DNA of 64,000 bases from contig OZ024764.1 in NCBI GenBank assembly GCA_964016885.1, positions 9,796,001-9,860,000 of the forward strand. The letters are read 5' to 3'. Position numbers and translations under genes: made by a program. Shown one piece after another: positions 1-12,962 of this stretch. The DNA comes from Eledone cirrhosa (lineage: Eukaryota). The notes beneath the pieces were generated by a model. The model saw only the letters and a list, made by a program, of their open reading frames with translations. It had not been told where the DNA came from and did no database searches. Position 1 is the stretch's first letter. Each line of letters begins with the position of its first letter.

Positions 1-271
1 CCTCCGGGTCCAGGTGCACCTTCTGTATGGCGAGGCCCAGGTGTTTTCGCAGCAGAACGACAACTCCACCCCCACCCCCCGGTTGACAGAGAGATGCGAA
101 GATCTCAAAGTCGTCGAAGAGGGGCGCCAGTTGGTGCTCGCTGCTGATCCTGGACTCGCAAATAGCCATTACATCCATTCTATGTGACCTGAGATCGTTT
201 AAAAGTTTGCCTTGTTTCCAAGACAGTCCCAGGCCACGTACATTCAGAAACCCAACTCTTATATCAGCCAT
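1..271 (-). CDS. Retrotransposon ORF2p N-terminus (APE-type endonuclease), truncated by the window edge
   Basis: Manual translation MADIRVGFLNVRGLG...DVMAICESR...GGGVVVLLRK matches the LNVRG / xxE / GVxxL endonuclease motifs. Confidence 0.88.
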   Translation of the reverse strand, partial: MADIRVGFLNVRGLGLSWKQGKLLNDLRSHRMDVMAICESRISSEHQLAPLFDDFEIFASLCQPGGGGGVVVLLRKHLGLAIQKVHLDPE

Positions 272-292
272 GTTGGTTAAAAGAGGAAGGAC

Positions 293-2035
293 CTACCTGT
301 TCGGCTCCTGAGGAGCAGGTTGCACAATATCCATGGGCGTATTGGAGGGGTTGTTTGGTGGGGTGTTGTTCTGTGGTGGAGTGGGGGTGTTTGGTGAGGT
401 GTGGGTGGGGAAACGTTTCAAGAGGACGCGGTTATAGGGTCGAGTACATGTTTTCCCCACGTCCTCAGGAAAGTTCTCTCTTAGTTTTGCATAGGTGTCC
501 ATTGGGAGTCTTATCATTTTTAAATGCGGTTTGTTGGCCGCGCTTGCAAAGAATTGCCCTTCAGTTTCCACCAAAGGGTCTTTGTGTATTGTTTTTACTA
601 GTTCTTTGTTATTTGTGTTGATGTATGTATACTGTTTTATTTGTGTTGTGTTTGTTTGTTGTTCTTGTGTGTGCTTACGTTTTGTTGTATGTGTTATGTT
701 TTGGGGTGGGGCGGATTTTGTTTGTTCTGTTTGTTTTGTTTTTGTTGGTGGTTGTGTGTTTGTTTCGTTTATGTTCGAGTGGTGCTTTCTTTTTTTCCTT
801 TTTACAGGTTGGAAGGGTTCCCCCTCTTCGTCACTAGGTGCCGTTTCCGCTGGGTCCTCGTCCGTGCTGTCGGGTAGTGGTGTATTTTGGGGTTTTGTTG
901 TATTTGTGTGTGTTTTGGGAGTTGTTTTGGGTGGGGCCGTGTCTTGTGTTATTTTTCCCTGTTGTTTTTGTTGTTGTTGTGGTGGTGGTGGTGGAGGTGG
1001 TGGTGGTGGTGGTGGTGGCGGTGGTGGTGTGTGGGGTGTAGGCAAAAGAGCCTTTTTTTTTGTCAATTGAGGACAAGCAGCCCTTAGATGACCCCTGCTT
1101 GAACAGTAGTAACATATGGGCCTCCTACCCTCGGCTGAAATATATATAAATGTTTCTCCATCGAGGGACACCCTCTGTGGTATTCTAGCGATTCGTTCTG
1201 GTCTCATTTGGACCAGAACCTCCACGCTCAAACCGCCGAAAACGTCTGTGGTGACTTCTCCTACTGAGAGGATTCCGTCCTCGTCTTCTAAAAATCCTGT
1301 TAGTACCCAGGAAATGCATGCATTTGGCCGGATTCCGGAGACCCTTATCTTCTGCGTTCTTTTCCCTAAATATGTGGGGAAAAATGTATATATCTTGGAA
1401 ACAATTGGTGCCACAGAGTATTTCCTGGCCGTCAATTGATCCTTCATTAGGACCGTTATATTCCCATAGAGTGGCCCTTTTTGTATGAACGATATATCAC
1501 TCCACACATTTTTTAGGACCAGCTCAATCTCTTTTTGGAATAATTGAGTTGGTTTCCTTGTTATGTTGGAAATTGTTCTGAAAGATATCGTTCTTAGCGT
1601 CGTGTCTCTTTTGATTTCTTGTGGGGAGGTGATTGTGAAGTCTCCTCCTTCTTTGAAAGTTACATACTGTTTCGCTTCCTTCATCTTTTCTCTCAGAGTT
1701 GTAATGTCCAGTTGCTTGCAGGTTTGTGTTTTCCGGACCGCCTGTGCAAAGGAGGTACCAGTAGTGGGTTCACTTTGTTTGGTGTTATCGTTATTTTTTC
1801 CTTGGTTGGTGTTGTGACTATTGCTGTTATTGTCGTTGATGTTTTTGTCTGCGTTTATGTGACTTTCTGGGTTTTCACCCATTTCTACAAATTTTTCTTT
1901 TAATTCCGTGTTCCATGTTTCTTTTGCAGAAGTGAGGAGGGAAGACTTAGAGCCTTGTGCTTCTAGCTTCTCTGTATCACCTTTCTTAGGGGGCGTGGCT
2001 TTCACGTTAGGATGAGATGTGAAAATTCCGTCCAT
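293..2035 (-). CDS. Retrotransposon ORF1p (gag-like nucleic-acid chaperone)
   Basis: First ATG at 2035 (MDGIF); CYYCSSRGHLRAAC zinc knuckle, SFAQAV motif, basic KRKKRK patch, Pro/Thr-rich linker; no stops. Confidence 0.85.
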   Translation of the reverse strand: MDGIFTSHPNVKATPPKKGDTEKLEAQGSKSSLLTSAKETWNTELKEKFVEMGENPESHINADKNINDNNSNSHNTNQGKNNDNTKQSEPTTGTSFAQAVRKTQTCKQLDITTLREKMKEAKQYVTFKEGGDFTITSPQEIKRDTTLRTISFRTISNITRKPTQLFQKEIELVLKNVWSDISFIQKGPLYGNITVLMKDQLTARKYSVAPIVSKIYTFFPTYLGKRTQKIRVSGIRPNACISWVLTGFLEDEDGILSVGEVTTDVFGGLSVEVLVQMRPERIARIPQRVSLDGETFIYISAEGRRPICYYCSSRGHLRAACPQLTKKKALLPTPHTPPPPPPPPPPPPPPPPQQQQKQQGKITQDTAPPKTTPKTHTNTTKPQNTPLPDSTDEDPAETAPSDEEGEPFQPVKRKKRKHHSNINETNTQPPTKTKQTEQTKSAPPQNITHTTKRKHTQEQQTNTTQIKQYTYINTNNKELVKTIHKDPLVETEGQFFASAANKPHLKMIRLPMDTYAKLRENFPEDVGKTCTRPYNRVLLKRFPTHTSPNTPTPPQNNTPPNNPSNTPMDIVQPAPQEPNR

Positions 2036-2246
2036 TTCTATTAGTTTGCCGTAATAAATTTTTAACTGGAAAATTCGCCCCAAAAAGGGGCGAAAATAAA
2101 TAAACTCAAAGTTTGACGACCAAGGCAAGGGGTTAACGTATATTACAGTATAAAAAAATTAATCAAAACTCACTTTTTGAGTAAGTAAATCCGACTCGGT
2201 AGCCGAGCTTGTTCACACACGTCAACACACGTCTCTCGTATACGAG

Positions 2247-3730
2247 ATGTTATGTGAGATATTATGTGAGGTAAAGCCTTTACTGTGAAAATACAATAGT
2301 ATATATAGAGTAATGTAATGTTATGTGAGATATTATGTGAGGTAAAGCCTTTACTGTGACAATACAATAGTATATATAGAGTAATGTAAATGTTATGTGA
2401 GATATTATGTGAGGTAAAGCCTTTACTGTGACAATACAATAGTATATATAGAGTAATGTAAATGTTATGTGAGATATTATGTGAGGTAAAGCCTTTACTG
2501 TGACAATACAATAGTATATATAGAGTAATGTAAATGGTATGTGAGATATTATGTGAGGTAAAGCCTTTACTGTGAAAATACAATAGTCTATATAGAGTAA
2601 TGTAAATGGTATGTGAGATATTATGTGAGGTAAAGCCTTTACTGTGAAAATACAATAGTATATATAGAGTAATGTAAATGTTATGTGAGATATTATGTGA
2701 GGTAAAGCCTTTACTGTGACAATACAATAGTATATATAGAGTAATGTAAATGTTATGTGAGATAATTTTGTAAGATAAAGCTTTCACTGTGAAAATACAA
2801 TAGTATATATAGAGTAATGTAAATGTTATGTGAGATATTATGTGAGGTAAAGCCTTTACTGTGAAAATACAATAGTATATATAGAGTAATGTAAATGTTA
2901 TGTGAGATAATTTTGTAAGATAAAGCTTTCACTGTGAAAATACAATAGTATATATAGAGTAATGTAAATGTTATGTGAGATATTATGTGAGGTAAAGCCT
3001 TTACTGTGACAATACAATAGTATATATAGAGTAATGTAAATGTTATGTGAGATATTATGTGAGGTAAAGCCTTTACTGTGACAATACAATAGTATATATA
3101 GAGTAATGTAAATGTTATATGAGATATTATGTGAGGTAAAGCCTTTACTGTGAAAATACAATAGTAAATATAGAGTAATGTAAATGTTATGTGAGATATT
3201 ATGTGAGGTAAAGCCTTTACTGTGACAATACAATAGTATATATAGAGTAATGTAAATGTTATGTGAGATATTATGTGAGGTAAAGCCTTTACTGTGACAA
3301 TACAATAGTATATATAGAGTAATGTAAATGTTATGTGAGATATTATGTGAGGTAAAGCCTTTACTGTGACAATACAATAGTATATATAGAGTAATGTAAA
3401 TGTTATGTGAGATATTATGTGAGGTAAAGCCTTTACTGTGACAATACAATAGTATATATAGAGTAATGTAAATGTTATGTGAGATATTATGTGAGGTAAA
3501 GCCTTTACTGTGAAAATACAATAGTATATATAGAGTAATGTAAATGTTATGTGAGATATTATGTGAGGTAAAGCCTTTACTGTGAAAATACAATAGTATA
3601 TATAGAGTAATGTAAATGTTATGTGAGATATTATGTGAGGTAAAGCCTTTACTGTGACAATACAATAGTATATATAGAGTAATGTAAATGTTATGTGAGA
3701 TATTATGTGAGGTAAAGCCTTTACTGTGAA
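2247..3730. repeat. 72-bp tandem satellite A, ~20 copies
   Basis: Unit gagatattatgtgaggtaaagcctttactgtgaaaatacaatagtatatatagagtaatgtaaatgttatgt. Confidence 0.97.
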
Positions 3731-3859
3731 CCCACGACATTGAAAACATAAAATAAAGTGTCTTGCTCAAGGACACATGTGTGCCCAGGCCCTAAATGGT
3801 CATGAAATGGTTAACCATAAACCCTTGAGTAATGTTAAAATAGTCCAGCCCAGGAATTA

Positions 3860-4090
3860 AAACCACAACATTTTAGTGAGAAACCCCTGAGCATTGTAAA
3901 AATGACATTGAACCCACAACATTTTATGGAGAAACCCCTAAATAATGTAAAAATGACATTGAACCCACAACATTTTATGGAGAAACCCCTAAATAATGTA
4001 AAAATGACATTGAACCCACAACATTTTAGTGAGAAACCCTTAAATAATGTAAAAATGACATCCAACCTAGGAATTGAACCCACAACATTA
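3860..4090. repeat. 51-bp tandem repeat, ~4 copies, inside a minus-strand SINE remnant
   Basis: aatgacattgaacccacaacatttt recurs at 3901, 3952, 4003; flanks resemble the SINE head (aaagtgtcttgctcaagg, ctaacaactaagcca). Confidence 0.8.
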
Positions 4091-4251
4091 CAATTAAGGG
4101 ACCAAATCTCTAACAACTAAGCCAGAGTTGACAGGACCCGTAAATTTATATTTTCAGGAGACTCTTAATTGTGAAATCTATTCTTCATGTACCCGCTGCA
4201 CATTCTCTGCATTTATATTTGACCTTCAGTATACCAAGGTAGACATAGCCA

Positions 4252-5820
4252 GCTTCTATATCCCCGTTTTTGTCACCTAATCCCTGTAATTCAAGATACA
4301 CGTAGACACATACAGCCTTTTTAACTTCTATATCTCCGTTTTTGTCACCTAATCCCTGTAATTCAAGGTACACGTAGACACAGACAGCCTTTTTAACTTC
4401 TATATCTCCGTTTTTGTCACCTAATCCCTGTAATTCAAGGTACACGTAGACACATACAGCCTTTTTAACTTCTATATCCCCGTTTTTGTCACCTAATCCC
4501 TGTAATTCAAGGTACACGTAGACACATACAGCCTTTTTAACTTCTATATCCCCGTTTTTGTCACCTAATCCCTGTAATTCAAGATACACGTAGACACATA
4601 CAGCCTTTGTAACTTCTATATCCCCGTTTTTGTCACCTAATCCCTGTAATTCAAGGTACACGTAGACACATACAGCCTTTTTAACTTCTATATCCCCGTT
4701 TTTGTCACCTAATCCCTGTAATTCAAGGTACACGTAGACACATACAGCCTTTTTAACTTCTATATCCCCGTTTTTGTCACCTAATCCCTGTAATTCAAGG
4801 TACACGTAGACACATACAGCCTTTGTAACTTCTATATCCCCGTTTTTGTCACCTAATCCCTGTAATTCAAGGTACACGTAGACACATACAGCCTTTTTAA
4901 CTTCTATATCCCCGTTTTTGTCACCTAATCCCTGTAATTCAAGGTACACGTAGACACGTACAGCCTTTTTAACTTCTATATCCCTGTTTTTGTCACCTAA
5001 TCCCTGTAATTCAAGGTACACGTAGACACATACAGCCTTTTTAACTTCTATATCTCCGTTTTTCTCACCTAATCCCTGTAATTCAAGGTACACGTAGACA
5101 CATACAGCCTTTGTAACTTCTATATCCCCGTTTTTGTCACCTAATCCCTGTAATTCAAGGTACACGTAGACACATACAGCCTTTTTAACTTCTATATCCC
5201 CGTTTTTGTCACCTAATCCCTGTAATTCAAGGTACACGTAGACACATACAGCCTTTTTAACTTCTATATCCCCGTTTTTGTCACCTAATCCCTGTAATTC
5301 AAGGTACACGTAGACACATACAGCCTTTTTAACTTCTATATCTCCGTTTTTGTCACCTAATCCCTGTAATTCAAGGTACACGTAGACACATACAGCCTTT
5401 TTAACTTCTATATCCCCGTTTTTGTCACCTAATCCCTGTAATTCAAGGTACACGTAGACACATACAGCCTTTTTAACTTCTATATCCCCGTTTTTGTCAC
5501 CTAATCCCTGTAATTCAAGGTACACGTAGACACGTACAGCCTTTTTAACTTCTATATCCCCGTTTTTGTCACCTAATCCCTGTAATTCAAGGTACACGTA
5601 GACACATACAGCCTTTTTAACTTCTATATCCCCGTTTTTGTCACCTAATCCCTGTAATTCAAGGTACACGTAGACACATACAACCTTTTTAACTTCTATA
5701 TCCCCGTTTTTGTCACCTAATCCCTGTAATTCAAAATACACGTAGACACATACAGCCTTTTTAACTTCTATATCCCCGTTTTTGTCACCTAATCCCTGTA
5801 ATCCAAGGTACACGTAGACA
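4252..5820. repeat. 72-bp tandem satellite B, ~22 copies
   Basis: Unit aacttctatatccccgtttttgtcacctaatccctgtaattcaaggtacacgtagacacatacagcctttttt (approximate). Confidence 0.97.
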
Positions 5821-7230
5821 CATACAGCCTTTTTACATTCTTTATCCTACTTTCTGGCACTAACCTCTATAATCCAAGGTACACGTAGACACATACAGCC
5901 TTTTTACCTTCTTTATCCTACTTTCTGGCACCTAACCTCTATAATCCAAGGTACACGTAGACACATACAGCCTTTTTACCTTCTTTATCCTACTTTCTGG
6001 CACCTAACCTCTATAATCCAAGGTACACGTAGACACATACAGCCTTTTTAACTTCTTTATCCTACTTTCTGGCACCTAACCTCTATAATCCAAGGTACAC
6101 GTAGACACATACAGCCTTTTTACCTTCTTTATCCTACTTTCTGGCACCTAACCTCTATAATCCAAGGTACACGTAGACACATACAGCCTTTTTACCTTCT
6201 TTATCCTACTTTCTGGCACCTAACCTCTATAATCCAAGGTACACGTAGACACATACAGCCTTTTTAACTTCTTTATCCTACTTTCTGGCACCTAACCTCT
6301 ATAATCCAAGGTACACGTAGACACATACAGCCTTTTTACCTTCTTTATCCTACTTTCTGGCACCTAACCTCTATAATCCAAGGTACACGTAGACACATAC
6401 AGCCTTTTTAACTTCTTTATCCTACTTTCTGGCACCTAACCTCTATAATCCAAGGTACACGTAGACACATACAGCCTTTTTACCTTCTTTATCCTACTTT
6501 CTGGCACCTAACCTCTATAATCCAAGGTACACGTAGACACATACAGCCTTTTTACCTTCTTTATCCTACTTTCTGGCACCTAACCTCTATAATCCAAGGT
6601 ACACGTAGACACATACAGCCTTTTTACCTTCTTTATCCTACTTTCTGGCACCTAACCTCTATAATCCAAGGTACACGTAGACACATACAGCCTTTTTACC
6701 TTCTTTATCCTACTTTCTGGCACCTAACCTCTATAATCCAAGGTACACGTAGACACATACAGCCTTTTTACCTTCTTTATCCTACTTTCTGGCACCTAAC
6801 CTCTATAATCCAAGGTACACGTAGACACATACAGCCTTTTTACCTTCTTTATCCTACTTTCTGGCACCTAACCTCTATAATCCAAGGTACACGTAGACAC
6901 ATACAGCCTTTTTACCTTCTTTATCCTACTTTCTGGCACCTAACCTCTATAATCCAAGGTACACGTAGACACATACAGCCTTTTTACCTTCTTTATCCTA
7001 CTTTCTGGCACCTAACCTCTATAATCCAAGGTACACGTAGACACATACAGCCTTTTTACCTTCTTTATCCTACTTTCTGGCACCTAACCTCTATAATCCA
7101 AGGTACACGTAGACACATACAGCCTTTTTACCTTCTTTATCCCACTTTCTGGCACCTAACCTCTATAATCCAAGGTACACGTAGACACAGTCTTTTTACC
7201 TTCTTTATCCCACTTTCTGGCACCTAACCT
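5821..7230. repeat. 72-bp tandem satellite C, ~19 copies, homologous to satellite B
   Basis: Shares caaggtacacgtagacacatacagccttttta with B; the other half is diverged (ccttctttatcctactttctggcacctaacctctataatc). Confidence 0.97.
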
Positions 7231-7234
7231 TCCA

Positions 7235-7788
7235 AGTTCAAATCCCGCCGAGGTTAACTTTGCCTTTCATCCTTACGGGGTCGATGAAATAAAATACCAG
7301 TAATACACTGGGATCGATTTAATCGACTTACTCCTCCCCTTCAAATTACTGGCCTTGTGCCTCGGACGCCATGCTTTGCAGCAAAGAGTTACGGCCCTTT
7401 ATGATCTGAGTTCAAATCCCGCCGAGGTTAACTTTGCTTTTCATCCTTTCGGGGTTGATAAAATAAAGTACCAGTAATGTACTGGGATAATTGCTGGCCT
7501 TGTGCCAAAAGTAGAAACACTTATATGGTATACCAGTAATACACTGAGGTAATTGCTGGCCTTGTGCCAAATTTAGAAACAATTATATGGTATACCAGTA
7601 ATACACTGAGGTAATTGCTGGCCTTGTGCCAAAAGTAGAAACAATTATATGGTATACCAGTAATACACTGAGGTAATTGCTGGCCTTGTGCCAAATTTAG
7701 AAACAATTATATGGTATACCAGTAATACACTGAAGTAATTGCTGGCCTTGTGCCAAAAGTAGAAACAATTATGATTATTATTATTATT
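7235..7788 (+). mobile_element. SINE family 2 fragments whose 3' end is amplified as a 62-bp tandem (~4 copies)
   Basis: gttcaaatcccgccgaggttaactttgcctttcatccttacggggtcgat core; repeated taccagtaatacactgaggtaattgctggccttgtgccaaa. Confidence 0.85.
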
Positions 7789-8146
7789 CTTGGAGTCTCA
7801 GTAATTGATGTTATTTAACTGGAAAGTTTGTTCAAAGGAAACATCAAGCTGCTACCTGCAGCCTCAGATATTCAGGACGTTTCAGAGGATTCTTGCTGTT
7901 CCCAGCAAGCATGCCTTTTGAAGCGTTCCAAAAAAAGCGGGCTGGACTAATGTTCTTTAACCATCCTTGAAAACTCTTAGAAATAGTACCTAGTGCTCCT
8001 ATGACAATCAGGACGACCTTGACCTCATGACAGTTCCAAAATCCTTTTAAACTCCCACTTTAAATCCTGGTATCGGTTAATTTTCTCCTTCTCTGTTTCT
8101 TGTACTCTTCTGTGAAAGGGGCAGGTTACATCTACAAAGGCATGAT
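7789..8146 (-). mobile_element. 5'-truncated R4/Dong-like non-LTR element (restriction-like endonuclease C-terminus), frameshifted
   Basis: Manual translation VDVTCPF...EKEKINRYQDLKWE...VKVVLIVIGALGTI...LQKACLLGTARIL; the 3' end abuts (TAA)n. Confidence 0.8.
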
Positions 8147-8223
8147 TATTTTATTTATATATATATATATATATAAATATTAATTCAAAATATTAACAAA
8201 ATAGATATTCTTGTGATCAATTA

Positions 8224-8290
8224 TATTTTATTATACATATTTCAGAGGTACTGAGTTAAGTTCAACAGTACGTCCTCATCAGATAAAATA
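8224..8290 (-). ncRNA. Type I hammerhead ribozyme (inverted copy of 8394-8460)
   Basis: Reverse complement of the + strand copy with the core intact. Confidence 0.75.
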
Positions 8291-8393
8291 AGAGGATGCA
8301 TGACATACCCTGACATAGTAGATGGTTAAGATTCAGTCATGGTACTACCATGACTGAATCTTAACCAATGACTGTAGTACCATGACTGAATCT

Positions 8394-8460
8394 TATTTTA
8401 TCTGATGAGGACGTACTGTTGAACTTAACTCAGTACCTCTGAAATATGTATAATAAAATA
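8394..8460 (+). ncRNA. Type I hammerhead ribozyme
   Basis: tattttat-CTGATGA-ggac gtactg..cagtac ctct-GAAA-tatgta-TA-ataaaata: 8-bp stem I, stem II, short stem III, AUA cleavage triplet. Confidence 0.78.
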
Positions 8461-8769
8461 TAATTGATCACAAGAATATCTATTTTGTTAATATTTTGAA
8501 TTAATATTAATAACTCTGGAAAACCATTTCTGTTGAGTGCTTCCAATCTATTGTAAAACTCATTCTTTGATGTATTCATTGAACCTTGTTTAACTTTTAA
8601 ATATATATATATAAGCAAAGAGATATTTAATTGGCTGGTAATTCAACAAATTTATTTATAACAGATTCAAAGCACTCAACAGATTTCCTGGAGTATAATA
8701 TCAATGATATTAATAAATGGAAACTAAATTTATAAAACCATATTTATTTTATTATATCGGTTAATTTAA

Positions 8770-9107
8770 GGCACATGGCTTAGTGGTTAGAGCATTGGTC
8801 TTGCAATCGAAAGGTTGTGAGTTCAATTCTCAGACCGGGTGATGTGTTGTTTCCTTGAGCAAGACACTTTATTTCACATTGCTCCAGTTTACTCAGCTGT
8901 AGAAATGAGATGATAGGGACTGGGGTCCCTATCATTCCACTGCAAAGTGGTCGTGGAGGTGCCACGGCAAAAAAAAGCACCCAGCACTCACTGTAAATGA
9001 GGTTGGTGTTAGGAAGGGCATCCAGCTGTAGAAATCAAGCCAGAATCAGTTCCCGTCCCACCCTTGCAAGCAGGGAAAAGCGGACGTAAAAATGATGATG
9101 ATGATGA
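8770..9107 (+). mobile_element. tRNA-derived SINE family 1 with RTE-type 3' tail; further copies at ~9674-10023, 12260-12590, 16412-16757, 18149-18588, 32139-32468, 38001-38347, 44605-44952, partial 13495-13641 and 27265-27430
   Basis: A box TGGCTTAGTGG, B box GTTCAATTC, conserved body, tail cccacccttgcaagcagggaaaagcggacgtaaaa(tga)n. Confidence 0.92.
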
Positions 9108-9337
9108 TATATAGTTCAATAGTACCAAAAAACTTTGGTACGCTCTCATCAGATAAAATACAAAATTTGTTTTATAAATAGTGACATACGCGAGAAACCA
9201 GACCTTATCGGTTCCAAACGGAACCTGAACTGATAAGGTCTGGTTTCTCGGGTATGTTGTTTACTACATAACTAAAAAGCTCTGTAGCCTACATAGAGCA
9301 CTCTCTCTTCCTTTACTTTTCCTACGGAAATACTACA

Positions 9338-9368
<31 letters not shown>

Positions 9369-10078
9369 TTTCATTTGGTTATATATACATATTTTATAGA
9401 ATATGTATTTGGTATATATACAATATACTGTGTTTCTTATGATATATGGTTCTGTATATATACATATATACAAAGTGTTAAAACGATCAAATTTTAGTTT
9501 AGAACATTTATTTGCTGACAATCGTTTATTCCAGAGGGAAGTCTGGAATCATCGGAGCATAAGGAATGTCAAAACATGTGACTAAAACCCTAGTCATTCA
9601 GAACATGTAGGATACATAAGTGTTGTTAGTGTCATAGACATCATGTGGAGAGTCAGGAGTTAATATATATATGTGGAGGCACATGGCTTAGTGGTTAGAG
9701 TATTGGCCTTGCAATCGAAAGGTTGTGAGTTCAATTCTCAGACCGGGTGATGTGTTGTTTCCCTGAGCAAGACACTTTATTTCACTTTATTGCTCCAGTT
9801 TACTCAGCTGTAGAAATGAGATGATAGGGACTGGGGTCCCTATCATTCCACTGCAAAGTGGTCGTGTAGGTGCCACGGCAAAAAAGCACCCAGCACTCAC
9901 TGTAAATGAGGTTGGTGTTAGGAAGGGCATCCAGCTGTAGAAATCAAGCCAGAATCAGTTCCCGTCGCACCCTTGCAAGCAGGGAAAAGTGGACATAAAA
10001 TGAAATGATGATGATGATGATGATATATATATCTCAATGATATTAAATAAATGGAAACTATATTTATAAAACCATATT

Positions 10079-10140
10079 TATTCTATTATATATATTTCAA
10101 GGGTACCAAAAACATTGGTATGCTTTCATCAGATAAAATA
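10079..10140 (-). ncRNA. Type I hammerhead ribozyme
   Basis: Reverse complement reads tattttat-CTGATGA-aagcataccaa tgttt ttggtaccctt-GAAA-tatata-TA-atagaata. Confidence 0.7.
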
Positions 10141-10394
10141 CAAAGTGCGTTATATAAATTTTGACATAGCGAAGGAACATACCTTAACGGTTGAAGTTTT
10201 CCTTGGATAGTCTTTTGGTACCCTTGAAATATATATAATAGAATAAATATGGTTTTATAAATATAGTTTCCATTTATATAATATTGAATATTATACTCCA
10301 GAAAACTTGTCGAGTGCTCTGAATCAGTTATAAACATTTATATTTGTTGAATTACACCAACAAATTGAATATCCCTTCTGCTTACATATATATA

Positions 10395-10878
10395 TTTTTC
10401 ACGCTCAGAGTTGCTGAAGCATGGAACAAACTACCTGCATCAGTTGTTAGCTGTCGAGACACTGCATCCTTTAAAACCTCCATGGAACAAACTACCTACA
10501 TCAGTTGTTAGCTGTCGAGACACTGCATCCTTTAAAACCTCCATGGAACAAACTACCTGCATCAGTTGTTAGCTGTCGAGACACTGCATCCTTTAAGGCC
10601 TCCATGGAACAAACTCCCTGCATCAGTTGTTAGCTGTCGAGACACTGCATCCTTTAAAACCTCCATGGAACAAACTCCCTGCATCAGTTGTTAGCTGTCG
10701 AGACACTGCATCCTTTAAGGCCTCCATGCTTCCCGAGATCCGCCAACACTACAGCTAACACATACACACATGTACTTCCCTGACATTTGTGTATTATTCT
10801 ATGTACTATACATACACCTTTGACGAGTTGTAGTGCACCTGAGCACTTTACACAATAATTTCATTATTATTATTATTA
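10395..10878 (+). mobile_element. CR1 LINE 3' fragment with an internal 61-bp tandem (5 copies)
   Basis: FFTLRVAEAWNKLPASVVSCRDTASFK is the CR1 ORF2 C-terminal motif; ends in (ATT)n. Confidence 0.82.
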
Positions 10879-10899
10879 TATATCTGTGTATGTTTACAG

Positions 10900-10959
10900 G
10901 TTGTATCTGAGTGTCATTCTCGGACAAGTCAATGTGTCGCTGCTGAACAAAGGAGACAA
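10900..10959 (+). CDS. TMEM120: TMEM120 homologue, internal exon (LYLSVILGQVNVSLLNKGDK); earlier exons not found in the window
   Basis: cag|...|gtaagt, 60 nt; matches the recalled human [20 protein letters not shown]. Confidence 0.93.
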
Positions 10960-11026
10960 GTAAGTTGGATGTTCTGTCTCATTGGCAACTCAACAATTTC
11001 TTAATTTCTTAGACAAACTAATCACA

Positions 11027-11992
<966 letters not shown>

Positions 11993-12962
11993 GTCTTTAT
12001 CAAGCCCTCTTCAGATTTTAGTGTTCATATTTATTATTTCTATATATAGTTCAAGGAGACAACAGAGATACAGAGGTGTGTGTGTATATATATATATATT
12101 GTGTGTGTATATATATATATATAAGGGTTAAAATACTGGAGTGTGTTGGAGTTAAACACCCTCTTCGTATTATATATATATATATATTTATTAAAATAAC
12201 AGATTAAAGTTTAAGCAAAGAATCGCTTTATTATTATTACTATATATATATATATATATGGAGGCACATGGCTTAGTGGTTAGAGCATTGACCTTGCAAT
12301 CAAAAGGCTGTGAGATCAGGTGATGTGTTGTTTCCTTGAGCAAGACACTTTATTTCACATTGCTCCAGTTTACTCAGCTGTAGAAATGAAATGGTAGGGA
12401 CTGGGGTCCCTATCATTCCACTGCAAAGTGGTCGTGGAGGTGCCACGGCACAAAAGCACCCAGCACTCACTGTAAATGAGGTTGGTGTTAGGAAGGGCAT
12501 CCAGCTGTAGAGATCAAGCCAGAATCAGTTCCCATCCCACCCTTGCAAGGAGGGAAAAAGCGGACATAAAATGAAATGATGATGATGAAATGATATTGGC
12601 TGTTATGGAATGAAAGGATTTGGGAGGAGTGCTGACCTGGACCACATATAGAGACGAGCTTCTTTCCCCCTAGTGTTGGTGGTTTAAATGATAAACACAG
12701 CACCTAGTACACTTTGTAAAGTAGTTGGTGTTGGGAAGAACATGTATGTATGTGTGTGTGTATATATATATATATATAAAAGTGGATGAATACTTCAACA
12801 GGCACTATGTACTTGTAGAAATATGCAAGTTGTTTATAATATTTGTGGTTCAATGGTACTAATTCGAGACACCAGAACAATACAAAAAGTTGCGGAGCAA
12901 GCGGCTATCAAACAATTCTTTAAATAAATTAAAAAACGATTTAAATAATCACCTGTTCTGTT

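Larger units (their letters stand above)
1..2246 (-). mobile_element. Tx1/L1-clade non-LTR retrotransposon, 5' part (5'UTR, ORF1, start of ORF2); continues beyond window start
   Basis: Two open ORFs 21 bp apart: ORF1 with a CCHC zinc knuckle and ORF2 beginning with an APE endonuclease motif; the 5' end abuts a 72-bp satellite at ~2247. Confidence 0.88.

Noticed and set aside
2170-5813. Long repetitive ORFs (205, 292 and 542 aa)
   Set aside because: They are translations of stop-free 72-bp satellites with no protein features
8770-8845. tRNA gene
   Set aside because: The tRNA-like head is fused to a multi-copy SINE body and has no proper acceptor stem
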